DNA of 27,469 nt from Abditibacteriaceae bacterium (GTDB lineage Bacteria > Armatimonadota > Abditibacteriia > Abditibacteriales > Abditibacteriaceae). The notes under the pieces were generated by a model. It had not been told where the DNA came from. It was given only the letters and a program-made list of their open reading frames with translations, and searched no databases. A program made the position numbers and the translations under genes. Positions 1 through 8,744 of this stretch are shown in pieces. The stretch covers positions 1-27,469 of the forward strand of contig JANPJS010000106.1 in the NCBI GenBank assembly GCA_031425655.1. Reading direction: 5' to 3'. The stretch's first letter is position 1. Every line of letters starts with the position of its first letter.

Positions 1-1
1 G

Positions 2-211
2 GATGTTTCAGAAACTGTCGCAACGTGGAAAGCCTCGATGGAAGCGCACACTTCGCAAATCAGTGCGCGCAACTACATCGAAGTGCAGCTCAATCGGGCG
101 CGGCTGCGCGGCTTGAGCGCGGGCATCGGTCACGCCATCGCGCTTTTTCCCAACGACCCGATTGTTGTTGATTCGCTGGATTGTGTCAGTCGGGGGGCGC
201 GCAATTTCTGA
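2..211 (+). CDS. bshB1: C-terminal part of a PIG-L family deacetylase, BshB1-like (5' end outside the window)
   Basis: Not in the ORF track. Manual translation from position 2 gives DVSETVATWKASMEAHTSQISARNYIEVQLNRARLRGLSAGIGHAIALFPNDPIVVDSLDCVSRGARNF*. The D(V/I)S..K..AH.SQ..RAR..G pattern is typical of the PIG-L/BshB1 C-terminus, and the ORF is adjacent to bshA. Confidence 0.75.
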   Translation, partial: DVSETVATWKASMEAHTSQISARNYIEVQLNRARLRGLSAGIGHAIALFPNDPIVVDSLDCVSRGARNF

Positions 212-1394
212 GTCCATCGGCGCACGACCTCTTAAAATCGGCATTACCTGTTATCCCTCGGTCGGTGGCAGCGGCATTCTGGCAACCGCACTGGGAGAAG
301 AATTGGCGCAGCGTGGCCACGAAGTGCATTTCATCAGCTACGAGCGCCCGTTTCGGCTTTCTCCCGATGCACCGCGCATTCATTTTCATACGGTGGAAGT
401 GAGTGGCTATGGGCTTTTCAAATATCCCGATTACACCCTGCCGCTTTCGGTGAAAATGGCCGAAGTCAGCCGCGAACAGGGTCTTGATATTTTGCACGTT
501 CATTATGCCGTGCCGCACGCTACGGCAGCGATTTTAGCGCGTTCGATGCTGGCGCCGGAATCGCGGCCCAAAGTTGTCACTACGCTGCACGGCACCGACA
601 CCACGCTTTTGGGCCGCGACCCGCATTATGGCCCGGCGATTCGTCATGCACTGATAGAATCGGATGCTGTTACGGCGGTTTCGGCCTTTTTGAAAGGTGA
701 AACGCAGCGTTTGCTTGGCGATATACCCATCGAAGTGATTCACAACTTTTTTGCGCCGCGCCCTCCACTACGCTCGCGCCGCGAAGTGCGACAGGAACTT
801 GGTGTGCAGGACGATGAAGTTTTGCTGATTCACTCGTCCAATTTGCGCCCCGTCAAACGCATTGATTTGCTGTTCGAGGCAGTTTCGCGCATCCGGCCCC
901 GCGACAGCTTTAAGCTGCTCATTTTGGCGGGCGAAGAGTTCGCGCCGTTTGCAAGCGAAGTTGACCGCTTGGGATTGCAGGATCGCATTATTGTGCGCGA
1001 AAAAGTGTTGGATGTCGAAGAATATGCCCAAGCGGCTGACTTGGGTCTTGTGACCTCGGAATCGGAGAGTTTTTGCCTCAGCATTCTCGAAGCGATGTTT
1101 TTTGCGTGTCCCAGCGTCGCTACACGCGTTGGCGGCATTCCCGAAGTGATCGAAAACCACAAAACCGGCCTTTTGGTGCCTTTTGGCGATGCCGATGCTC
1201 TGGCGCGAAGCGTAGAATCGCTGATGGAAGACCCGGCGCGTCGAATCGAAATGGGTCGCGCGGCCAAACATTTTGCCTCGGAACATTTTTCCGCCAATGC
1301 CATCGTGCCTCGCTATGAAGCGCTTTATCGCCGCGTGTGCCTGCTTGTGAGAAAGTATCGCCTAGTGGTCGAACCCGGTAGTAGATTAGGATAG
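183..1394 (+). CDS. bshA: N-acetyl-alpha-D-glucosaminyl L-malate synthase (GT4 glycosyltransferase), BshA
   Basis: Motifs KIGITCYPSVGGSG, LFKYPDYTLPL, HVHYAVPHA, TTLHGTD, HSSNLRPVKR, ESFCLSILEAM, GGIPEV. Start uncertain (GTG 183 or TTG 162; no in-frame ATG nearby). Confidence 0.9.
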   Translation: MSVGGRAISESIGARPLKIGITCYPSVGGSGILATALGEELAQRGHEVHFISYERPFRLSPDAPRIHFHTVEVSGYGLFKYPDYTLPLSVKMAEVSREQGLDILHVHYAVPHATAAILARSMLAPESRPKVVTTLHGTDTTLLGRDPHYGPAIRHALIESDAVTAVSAFLKGETQRLLGDIPIEVIHNFFAPRPPLRSRREVRQELGVQDDEVLLIHSSNLRPVKRIDLLFEAVSRIRPRDSFKLLILAGEEFAPFASEVDRLGLQDRIIVREKVLDVEEYAQAADLGLVTSESESFCLSILEAMFFACPSVATRVGGIPEVIENHKTGLLVPFGDADALARSVESLMEDPARRIEMGRAAKHFASEHFSANAIVPRYEALYRRVCLLVRKYRLVVEPGSRLG

Positions 1395-1495
1395 AGGACT
1401 TGAACAAAAAAGTGCGATTCCTCGCTCAGTTCTCATCAGAATCCGTTGCAGGAACCCGACAATCCACCACTACTTACTACCGGGTTAGACCACTA
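1363..1495. mobile_element. 133-bp MITE-like element with 21-bp terminal inverted repeats and TA ends
   Basis: TAGTGGTCGAACCCGGTAGTA (1363-1383) and TACTACCGGGTTAGACCACTA (1475-1495) are reverse complements at 20/21 positions; no transposase inside. Confidence 0.65.
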
Positions 1496-1523
1496 CGTCG
1501 AATTTAAAAAGCCTCCGCTATCT

Positions 1524-2533
1524 TATAGCGGGAGCGGTTAAAGTATTCCACATTTTTGAAACTATCCTTCTGCGGCGGAATCGGGCACGCCCTGAGCCGC
1601 ATTTTGAATGGCGATTTGTCGTAGGTCATCGGTTCGTGGGGCTTGTTTTCTCACGTTGTCTTTGAACCAACTCCACAGCAGCTCAATGGGATTGAAGTCA
1701 GGTGAGTAAGGCGGCAGGTAGAGGATGTGACAGCCAGCGGTTTCCACCAACTCGCGCAGGGTGGTGCGGTGATGGATGCGGGCGTTGTCCATCACCAACA
1801 CACTCCCTTTGGGCACAAGAGGCAACAGGATTTGGCTAACAAACTCCTCATACGTTTGGCCTGTCCACGCGCCCAAGCGTTGAGAAATGGCCCATAAGCC
1901 GCTTGGGTTTTGGGGACAAGGAAAGCCGTAAGCGCCCACAACCGATAAGCGCCCACAACCGAGCGGTTTTGCCCTTTATTGAACGGCACCCGCTCGAAGC
2001 AGCGTTCTCCTTTGGGTGCCCAGCCATAGAAGCGCAGCAGGTTCAGTGAAAAGCCACACTCGTGCAAAAATATTAGTTTCTCTAACGGCACCACTTCGAG
2101 TTGAACACGAAAGGTCGCCCGTTTTACTTCGCACCGTTCTAAGGCGAGGCGGCTCTTTTTTTATGCGTAGTTTCCAGACGATGCAACGCATCCCGCAACG
2201 TGGTGGGGGGCACCTCTTGGCCGGTGCGCTCTTGCCAGGCCGCGCTCAAGGGGGGTAACGTCCAGTCGCTTTCCTCGGCGACCAATGCGCGCAGAGTTTG
2301 GTGTCCCTCTTGGCTCAAGCGCGTGGCCTTGCTCCGGCGAGGCGTAGGCGCCAGACGCCCCTGGGCCGCCCGCTTTTCATACACGCGCACCGTCTTGGTG
2401 CAAACACCAAAGCGTTGCGCCACGGTCTCCACCCTCTCGCCACCGCGACGATCTCCCGCGATGCGTTCCCGTAAATCCATCGAATACGCTTTCATGCCTC
2501 CCAGCTTGGAATACTTCATTCGCTCCCGCTATA
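1524..2533 (-). mobile_element. IS630-family insertion sequence (~1.0 kb), decayed
   Basis: Inverted repeats 1524-1550 (TATAGCGGGAGCGGTTAAAGTATTCCA) and 2507-2533 (TGGAATACTTCATTCGCTCCCGCTATA) match 24/27 including the flanking TA target duplication, and enclose an IS630 transposase. Confidence 0.92.
1538..2495 (-). pseudogene. IS630 transposase pseudogene (HTH plus DDE_3 domains)
   Basis: MKAYSMDLRER N-terminus; frame change at an A7 run (2156-2162); motifs IFLHECG, VMDNARIH, YLPPYSPDFNPIE. Lesions: first catalytic Asp position reads His (2062-2064), a 17-bp tandem duplication shifts the frame (1929-1962), and a TAG at 1562-1564 precedes FQKCGIL*. Confidence 0.88.
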
Positions 2534-2627
2534 AAAGTCACGCACGGTTTCCCCATCCTTACTGCGCCAGTGGGATCGGCTCCGGCGGCGCGCAGGGTCA
2601 CGATGAGGGGCGACATTAGCGAAGGGG

Positions 2628-2745
2628 CATAGTCATCAAGCTAAGCAAAGAAACGCGATTTTGGGCCGGCCAAGAGCAGTTGCTCCGCTCGCCGGGGGTT
2701 GAAAACCCACGGCGGCGCCGAAGGCGCCTTAGCTTGATGACTATG
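2628..2745. mobile_element. 118-bp MITE-like element with perfect 18-bp terminal inverted repeats, flanked by ~20-23-bp direct repeats
   Basis: CATAGTCATCAAGCTAAG (2628-2645) and CTTAGCTTGATGACTATG (2728-2745); GGGGCGACATTAGCGAAGGGGCA occurs at 2607-2629 and 2745-2767. Confidence 0.8.
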
Positions 2746-3020
2746 GGGCGACATTAGCGAAGGGGCAACAGGCGCCGGGCCGTCACCAGAAACAGAAAAG
2801 CCAGCGCCACATACCGCTCGTTGTCACGGTGATGAACATTCGTTCAGAACACGATGAGCAGCGACAGCAAATCGTGGCGCCCTTCGTTAGTGGCTGTGAG
2901 TAGCGGTGACCGGCCTCTCGCAGCGGTTTTTCCCAGGTCGGCGCCGGCTTCGACTATTATCTAAACCATCGCGGCAGCGCCTTGAGATTGACGCAAGCGG
3001 CCAGCAAGGGCATCGCAGTG

Positions 3021-4748
3021 TCACGGCGTTTGCCCCATTGATTTTGTAGCGTGTAATTCGAGCTTTACCACGCGCTGGTTACCGCTGTCGAAAACGACCG
3101 CTTTGTTGACGTTTGCGGTCAGAGTGCGAGGCGTGTTTAACGTCGAGAGGCTGTCGCCGGAGACATCTACTGAGCCAAAGAACGCCAGTGGCCGCCGGGT
3201 GGCTGGGTCGAAACACAGGACGCGATGGCGCGTCGCATCGGCAACCCAAAGGCGGCCCGCAGCACTTAACCAAATGTTGGCGCCGAATTTTTCGTCGGCG
3301 TTTTGTCCCCACGAGTTCCAACGGCGGGTTTCGCGCCAGTTGTCGCCATCGCGCGCTAATTCAATAACGAAGCCATCGCCTGCGCCGATCAAACCGTCAC
3401 GACCCGCAGCGGCCAAAGCCGTCCATTCGCGCACCGGCGTTGCGGTTGCTAATTCGGCGGTTCCCGCGTCGCTCTCGTAACTGCCGTTAGCGCCGATATA
3501 AACCACGGTTGCCTGCCCCTTTTTAGTCAAAACCAACAAGGCGCGTCGCTTGCGAAATTCGGTAGCGACGATGGCGACGGCTTCGCCCGGCAAGTCCGCC
3601 GCTTTTTCAATGTGTCGTTGCTGCATCTCGGAGTCGAGCTTGCCGTAAATCAACGCCGGTTTGCTATGCAACTGGGCGTAGGCCACCATGACATCGGAAT
3701 CGAGCATGGTAGTGGTGAACACTTGTCCCGCCGGAATTCCATACCGTAACGGCGTGGCCGGGCCATCGCTCCATTGCCAACTGCCCGATCCATACCAAAC
3801 CCGTCCATCGCGGTCGAGACCGAGGGCGGCGCATTGCGGCACCGCGCCGATGCGCCGCACCGGCGTAAAACGCGCGTTCGTGTGCGACCATTGCAGTAAG
3901 TGCATCACACCGCTCAAACCGGAAATAGCGAAAAGGTTGGGATTCACCTGCGCGAGGCCGCGCCCGTTAACGATCTCAGATTGCTCGTCTACATGGCCGA
4001 TAAACGAACCGGAATTGCCGCCCAACACCACACCGGGCGCCGGGTTCAGCGCGGCATCGAAACGCCTGACGGTGCTGTGCCAGCCACTGCCGAACCACGA
4101 ACCCGCCAAAAACTGGGGGCGTTCGCCGGGCAGAGGCCCGACACGAATCGGAGCCGCCGCGTCAACACGGCTCAACCCGCCCGCATCTTGAACATAAACC
4201 ACGCCGTCCGGCCCCAGTTCAAGACCCTGCACATTGGTTTTTAAGATGGCGACAGGCTTGCGTTCCCCGGCGGCGTTCACCAGAAAGACTTCGTTGGCGG
4301 TGGCCGCTGCGACCCAACCGCCCTGTGCTGACGGCGACATCCAATCAGCGGCGACGTTCATCGGCTTGGCCGCCGTGCCGGAGGGAGCGTCGAGTGGCAG
4401 CGAATAAAGCCCTTTGCCCAAGCGGAGCAGCACGTTTTCGCCAGTCAGCGCGATGGCGTCGCTGCTGCGATTGGGTTGGCTGTCCGGCAGACGGTAAGTG
4501 GCCAACAGCCGTCCGTCGGGAGAATAGCGGTTCAAAACTCCGGCGCCGGCACGATCCCAGAGCGAGCCATAGCGGTCGCAGACCACGCCTAAGCCACTGG
4601 CTTCAGCCGTCCCAAAACGCACCAGCGAACTGCCCTGCTCGCCGGAATTGCCTAAAATGCCGGCGCACTGCAAAACATCAGCGCGCAGCGATCCGGCAGC
4701 TAAAAAATACGTCGCCAGGCTAAAACCCGTTATGAAAGTGCGGTTCAT
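3021..4748 (-). CDS. Secreted beta-propeller (NHL-repeat-like) protein of unknown function
   Basis: 575-aa ORF with signal peptide (MNRTFITGFSLATYFLAAGSLRA) and NHL-like motifs GRLWVADATRHRVLCFD and AVVFDSGNQRVVKL; start overlaps the upstream stop (ATGA, 4745-4748). Confidence 0.75.
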   Translation of the reverse strand: MNRTFITGFSLATYFLAAGSLRADVLQCAGILGNSGEQGSSLVRFGTAEASGLGVVCDRYGSLWDRAGAGVLNRYSPDGRLLATYRLPDSQPNRSSDAIALTGENVLLRLGKGLYSLPLDAPSGTAAKPMNVAADWMSPSAQGGWVAAATANEVFLVNAAGERKPVAILKTNVQGLELGPDGVVYVQDAGGLSRVDAAAPIRVGPLPGERPQFLAGSWFGSGWHSTVRRFDAALNPAPGVVLGGNSGSFIGHVDEQSEIVNGRGLAQVNPNLFAISGLSGVMHLLQWSHTNARFTPVRRIGAVPQCAALGLDRDGRVWYGSGSWQWSDGPATPLRYGIPAGQVFTTTMLDSDVMVAYAQLHSKPALIYGKLDSEMQQRHIEKAADLPGEAVAIVATEFRKRRALLVLTKKGQATVVYIGANGSYESDAGTAELATATPVREWTALAAAGRDGLIGAGDGFVIELARDGDNWRETRRWNSWGQNADEKFGANIWLSAAGRLWVADATRHRVLCFDPATRRPLAFFGSVDVSGDSLSTLNTPRTLTANVNKAVVFDSGNQRVVKLELHATKSMGQTP

Positions 4749-7700
4749 GGCGTCACCTCTTCAAAAACGACATCGCCCCACAAATTGGGCGTTAGTATGA
4801 TTTCGCCGGGCACGTCGTTGACTAAGCCCGTCGCCGGATTCGCCCAGTAGTTGCGGAAGATGTTGACTGTGCCCGCCGCGTCGCCGTAAATCACGCCAAA
4901 ATCGCCGCGCAGCGGTTTCGCAGAGAGCGCATTAAGGCCCAATTCGGCCAGCGGCACAGCAATTTCCACGACGTAGCTGTCGCCACCGCGTGTGACGGCG
5001 ACCCGCGCGGTTTCGAGTTTCTTCACCGAATCCACTTTTTCGCTGCGCCACGGACTCTGAAAGACCACGCTATCAGCGGCTCCCGGCAGGCGGTGGCGGT
5101 AGAGAATGGCGCTGGATTGGCCTGCGAAGGGCGCGACGAATAAACGCAAATCGCCCGCAACCGGCCCGCTGCGTGCGGGATTAGCAGCCACGTTGGTGCC
5201 GAGCTGCAAATCAACGCCGTCGCCGGTTTTAAAGAGTTGCTGCCAGTCTTTGCCGTTGTTGACCCAGGGCGAAGCGTCGCCGCGCACTGTGTAATGAAGG
5301 TAGAGCATTTTGCCGTCATGGGCAGCGCGCACCGCGACGGGAAACTGGCCGTTGCGATCCCACTGCACTTCCGCCTCGCCCGTCCAATCGTCCGACCTAC
5401 CGTCAATAATAGGCGGCGTGGCGCGAAAAGCGATGCGCGTGCGACGGGCCGGAGCCTCGGCGGCAAGGGTGCGTGCGCTATTGCGTTCGGCGGCTATCGC
5501 TTGTTGCGGGGTTACGACCAACGGGCCTCCGGCGCGCGTGGTCTGGCGCAGTCCGTCCACGCGATAAAGGCGATATTCGATGCCGCCGCCCTGAAAATAA
5601 TAGTTGCCGTCTTTTTCGGAGCGCCCGAAAGTGCCTCCGAAGCATTCGCCGCCCAAAATGCCTACGCCACCGGCCTGCGGATTGGTCATCAGCCGCACAT
5701 CGGAAAACATTTCGTCGAGATACAAGCCGTCCGTCGTCATCACGAAAGCGCGTCCGTGGTTGCCGTTCATCACCACAACATCGGCTCTATCGTCCAGCGG
5801 GGCGACGCCGGTGAAAAACAGCACGCCCTGCAATTCGCCCGGACTGGGCAACGGCGCCTTATGCGAGCCATGAACGCCGCTCCATTGGTTGGGATACGTC
5901 CATAACAACTTGCCGTCGGGCGAAAATGCCCTCATGGTGGGGTCAGCATTCAGCAGCAAATTGCCGAACCGATCCACCGTGCTTTCGGCGGAATTGCTAC
6001 CGGCGGGCAAATCAACCGGCACGGAGGCTTTCACCGCGTCGTTCAGCGCCGGATAACGCGGCGCTCCGCCCGGCCACCAGCCGTTGGGACGCAGCGTCAC
6101 GAGCGCGCCTTTGCCGCCTACCGTGGCCGCCACGCGCAGCGTTAAATCGTTAAAATCGTGGCCCCAGCCGGAACCCGCCAAGCTGTCGGCGGCTGTGGCA
6201 AATTCTATTTCCTCGGCCTGCATAGCGGCGTCGCCGTTTTTATCAACCCACAACATGCCGAACCCGTGATTAGGCCTGCCGGGCACTGCGACAACGTATT
6301 TCTGAGCGGGATAATCGCGATTAAAGGCCTCGACGAAGGCTGCAGGTGGCCGCCAATCGCGGCTATAGCTGAATTGGTGGGCGGATGAAAGACACGCCAG
6401 CGGGCGCGTCGTGCCGTCGGCGCGCAATTCCTGAATAAAAATCGCTTTGCCGTAAGTGATAAGAAACGTGCGCCCGTCCTGCCGCCAGAAGCGGTAATGC
6501 GCCCCATCTTCACCACCCATAATCGCCAGTGGTTTGGCGGTTTTGGCGGCGAAATCGAGTTGAAACAGCGTGTTTTGCCCGATCCATCGCGTGGCGTCCA
6601 ACGGGTCGAAACCGGCGCCGGGCGCGCCATACGCTGCGGGGCCGAAAAACTCTTTCCACATCGCCGGCGTGCGCGGATCATAGGCCGCCAGGCGTTTGGG
6701 CTGCCAGCGATTATTTTCCGTGACCCATAAATGTCCGTCGGGGGCCAGCACCAAACCGGCAGGATTGTGCAGACGCAGCGGATCGTAAGCTCCGGGCGCA
6801 ATGCCTCCCGGTTTGCCAACGGTGCCGATGATTTTTCCGCGCTCGTCCAACACCTGCACAACGTGCGCCTCTGCGTCGCTAACGTAAAACTTGCCGTCGC
6901 CGATAGCGAGTCCGGCAGGCTGGCCCGTGAGCGAAGCGATAGCTTTGCTTTGACCGGTAGCCGGCGCGATTTGCAACAGTTGTCCGCCCGCGATGGCATA
7001 AAGCAAACCGTTGCCGGAAGTGAGAGCCACGGAGTTTTCCAGCGAAAAAGAGCGCGCGATGGCTCCGGTGGCCGGATCAATGTCTAAAACTTCGTTGGAG
7101 CCGCCGTCAGCGAGATAAAGCCGCCCATTGAGAAACGCCAGGCCAGCTAATGCCAGTCGGTCGGGGCGCTTGTCGGGAGAACCGGGGCCGACGACATAGC
7201 GCCGCAGAGTGGCGAAGCGCGCCGTGCGAGAAAAGTCGCTCAAGTTACCGGTAGCGAGGTCGAAACGCACTAAGCTGATCTGGTTTTCGACTTTCCAGTC
7301 GGGTTTGCTGCGGTCGGTGGATTGTCCCCACGCCGTGCCATCGTAAGCCGCATAAAGGAATTTTTCATCGGCAGCGACTGCGACGCGCCCCAGACCGTGC
7401 CCGTGTGGAGCGTTGAAACCGCGCTGAAAAGTGCCGTCCTGTGCTAATTGCACCAGTTCGTAGCCGCCTTCGGAGACCGATGTCCCGAAAAAGAGCGACG
7501 CGCCATTCGTCGTCGCGGCGTGCAGCGTGCCGTGATTGGAGCCGGGGCCATTGGCGTAGGAGAAAAGGTAATTCGGTTTTAATCCGGGATGCGCGATAGC
7601 GCGCCAGCGATAGTTTCCCGGCGGCATGGCGCGGCCTTGATCATCGCGCCCGTCCCAGACAATGCGCTGCGTTCCTTTGGCCATCGCGCGCCCGGAAATC

Positions 7701-8326
7701 AGGTTGCGCACACGGCGTCCCTGCGCTTCTTCGATGACGACGGTCGCCTTGCCGTCGAGCGGCTGGTTGTAATCGAAAGCGATTTGCAGGCGGCGGTCTG
7801 CGGCAGCGCGTTCAAATTCGGCGAGGCTAATGGGCTGCCAGTCGGTGGGATTCGAGGAGAGTCCGCCGTGCGCGGCCCGCGCGCTGCTTTGCAAAAAACT
7901 TTCGCGCTGGCGAGCTTGGCCGAACGGCCCGCCCTCCCAACTCACCTCGAAGCCGAGACGGAGCAGTTGCCATCCCGCTTCACTGTTCACCAACCATTCC
8001 GCAGGAACGCGGAACTCGTAACGGTCGGTGTTGCCGCTGCGCACGATGCGCATCGCGCGTGCGCCTTTGTTGCTCAGCCGCACCGTTTTATCGGCGGCTA
8101 AACCCACTTGCACCGTCGAGTCGCCCCCAGTCGGCGCGAAGGACTCGACCGCAACTGTCAGCGTCAAGGTGTCATTATCGCGGCTCAGAGTGTAAGCCAC
8201 GCGCGGCGAAGCTGGGCCGGAAACTACCACCAAGCCATCGTCCGGAGCCGTTTGGCCTCGCGCCGCTCCGGTGCAGGTTACAGTGAACGCCAGCGTAATC
8301 AAGGCCCGTCGAAAATGAATGTTCAT
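4745..8326 (-). CDS. Large secreted protein: FlgD Ig-like domain, NHL/beta-propeller region, C-terminal CBM9-like sugar-binding domain
   Basis: Signal peptide after ATG 8326; GRRVRNL..IVWDGRDDQGRAMPPGNYRW (FlgD_ig); FYVSDAEAHVVQVLD (NHL); PPIIDGRSDDW..AAHDGKMLYL..YVVEIAVPLAELG (CBM9-like). Confidence 0.75.
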   Translation of the reverse strand: MNIHFRRALITLAFTVTCTGAARGQTAPDDGLVVVSGPASPRVAYTLSRDNDTLTLTVAVESFAPTGGDSTVQVGLAADKTVRLSNKGARAMRIVRSGNTDRYEFRVPAEWLVNSEAGWQLLRLGFEVSWEGGPFGQARQRESFLQSSARAAHGGLSSNPTDWQPISLAEFERAAADRRLQIAFDYNQPLDGKATVVIEEAQGRRVRNLISGRAMAKGTQRIVWDGRDDQGRAMPPGNYRWRAIAHPGLKPNYLFSYANGPGSNHGTLHAATTNGASLFFGTSVSEGGYELVQLAQDGTFQRGFNAPHGHGLGRVAVAADEKFLYAAYDGTAWGQSTDRSKPDWKVENQISLVRFDLATGNLSDFSRTARFATLRRYVVGPGSPDKRPDRLALAGLAFLNGRLYLADGGSNEVLDIDPATGAIARSFSLENSVALTSGNGLLYAIAGGQLLQIAPATGQSKAIASLTGQPAGLAIGDGKFYVSDAEAHVVQVLDERGKIIGTVGKPGGIAPGAYDPLRLHNPAGLVLAPDGHLWVTENNRWQPKRLAAYDPRTPAMWKEFFGPAAYGAPGAGFDPLDATRWIGQNTLFQLDFAAKTAKPLAIMGGEDGAHYRFWRQDGRTFLITYGKAIFIQELRADGTTRPLACLSSAHQFSYSRDWRPPAAFVEAFNRDYPAQKYVVAVPGRPNHGFGMLWVDKNGDAAMQAEEIEFATAADSLAGSGWGHDFNDLTLRVAATVGGKGALVTLRPNGWWPGGAPRYPALNDAVKASVPVDLPAGSNSAESTVDRFGNLLLNADPTMRAFSPDGKLLWTYPNQWSGVHGSHKAPLPSPGELQGVLFFTGVAPLDDRADVVVMNGNHGRAFVMTTDGLYLDEMFSDVRLMTNPQAGGVGILGGECFGGTFGRSEKDGNYYFQGGGIEYRLYRVDGLRQTTRAGGPLVVTPQQAIAAERNSARTLAAEAPARRTRIAFRATPPIIDGRSDDWTGEAEVQWDRNGQFPVAVRAAHDGKMLYLHYTVRGDASPWVNNGKDWQQLFKTGDGVDLQLGTNVAANPARSGPVAGDLRLFVAPFAGQSSAILYRHRLPGAADSVVFQSPWRSEKVDSVKKLETARVAVTRGGDSYVVEIAVPLAELGLNALSAKPLRGDFGVIYGDAAGTVNIFRNYWANPATGLVNDVPGEIILTPNLWGDVVFEEVTP

Positions 8327-8744
8327 AAGAATAATCAAACCCAAGAGGTCTAATATCTCCTAAATTTATGGTCTTAATAGAGATTTTCGATAGCTGAAAC
8401 CAAATAGGCGCTCGTGCCTCGCTCCGCTCAGAATGACAGCGCCTTTTAAAACCAAAAATCTTTAGTTAAGGAATTCTAAAGCATCTCTCGACCGCCTACA
8501 ATTTCGACTACGGTTGTCTGAATTTCATCCCGGTTCTTTACTTTGCGCGGCCTTCGGATTCCTACAGGTTTGCTCTTGGGCCGTGTGGCCCGCGTTTGAA
8601 AAGAAGCAGCGTTGGAAAGAGCCAGACGACTTCATTCTGGCCAAGAACTATAAGATAACCCAGATTGCTCCCTTCGCAGCCGCGATTTCAATCGGCGGCA
8701 ACTTGGATTACACAGGTAGACAACTATTTATGAGGAACAACACC

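Noticed and set aside
2540..2860. Possible remnant of an ABC permease C-terminus on the minus strand (LAFLFLVTARR.. / LRAAGADPTGAVR)
   Set aside because: Fragments are short, broken by stops and by the MITE; the resemblance is too weak to call without a search.
8514..8744. N-terminal extension of the SGNH ORF
   Set aside because: The ribosome-binding site and signal peptide point to ATG 8745; the 15075-15188 extension of the dioxygenase was dropped because its ribosome-binding site points to ATG 15074.
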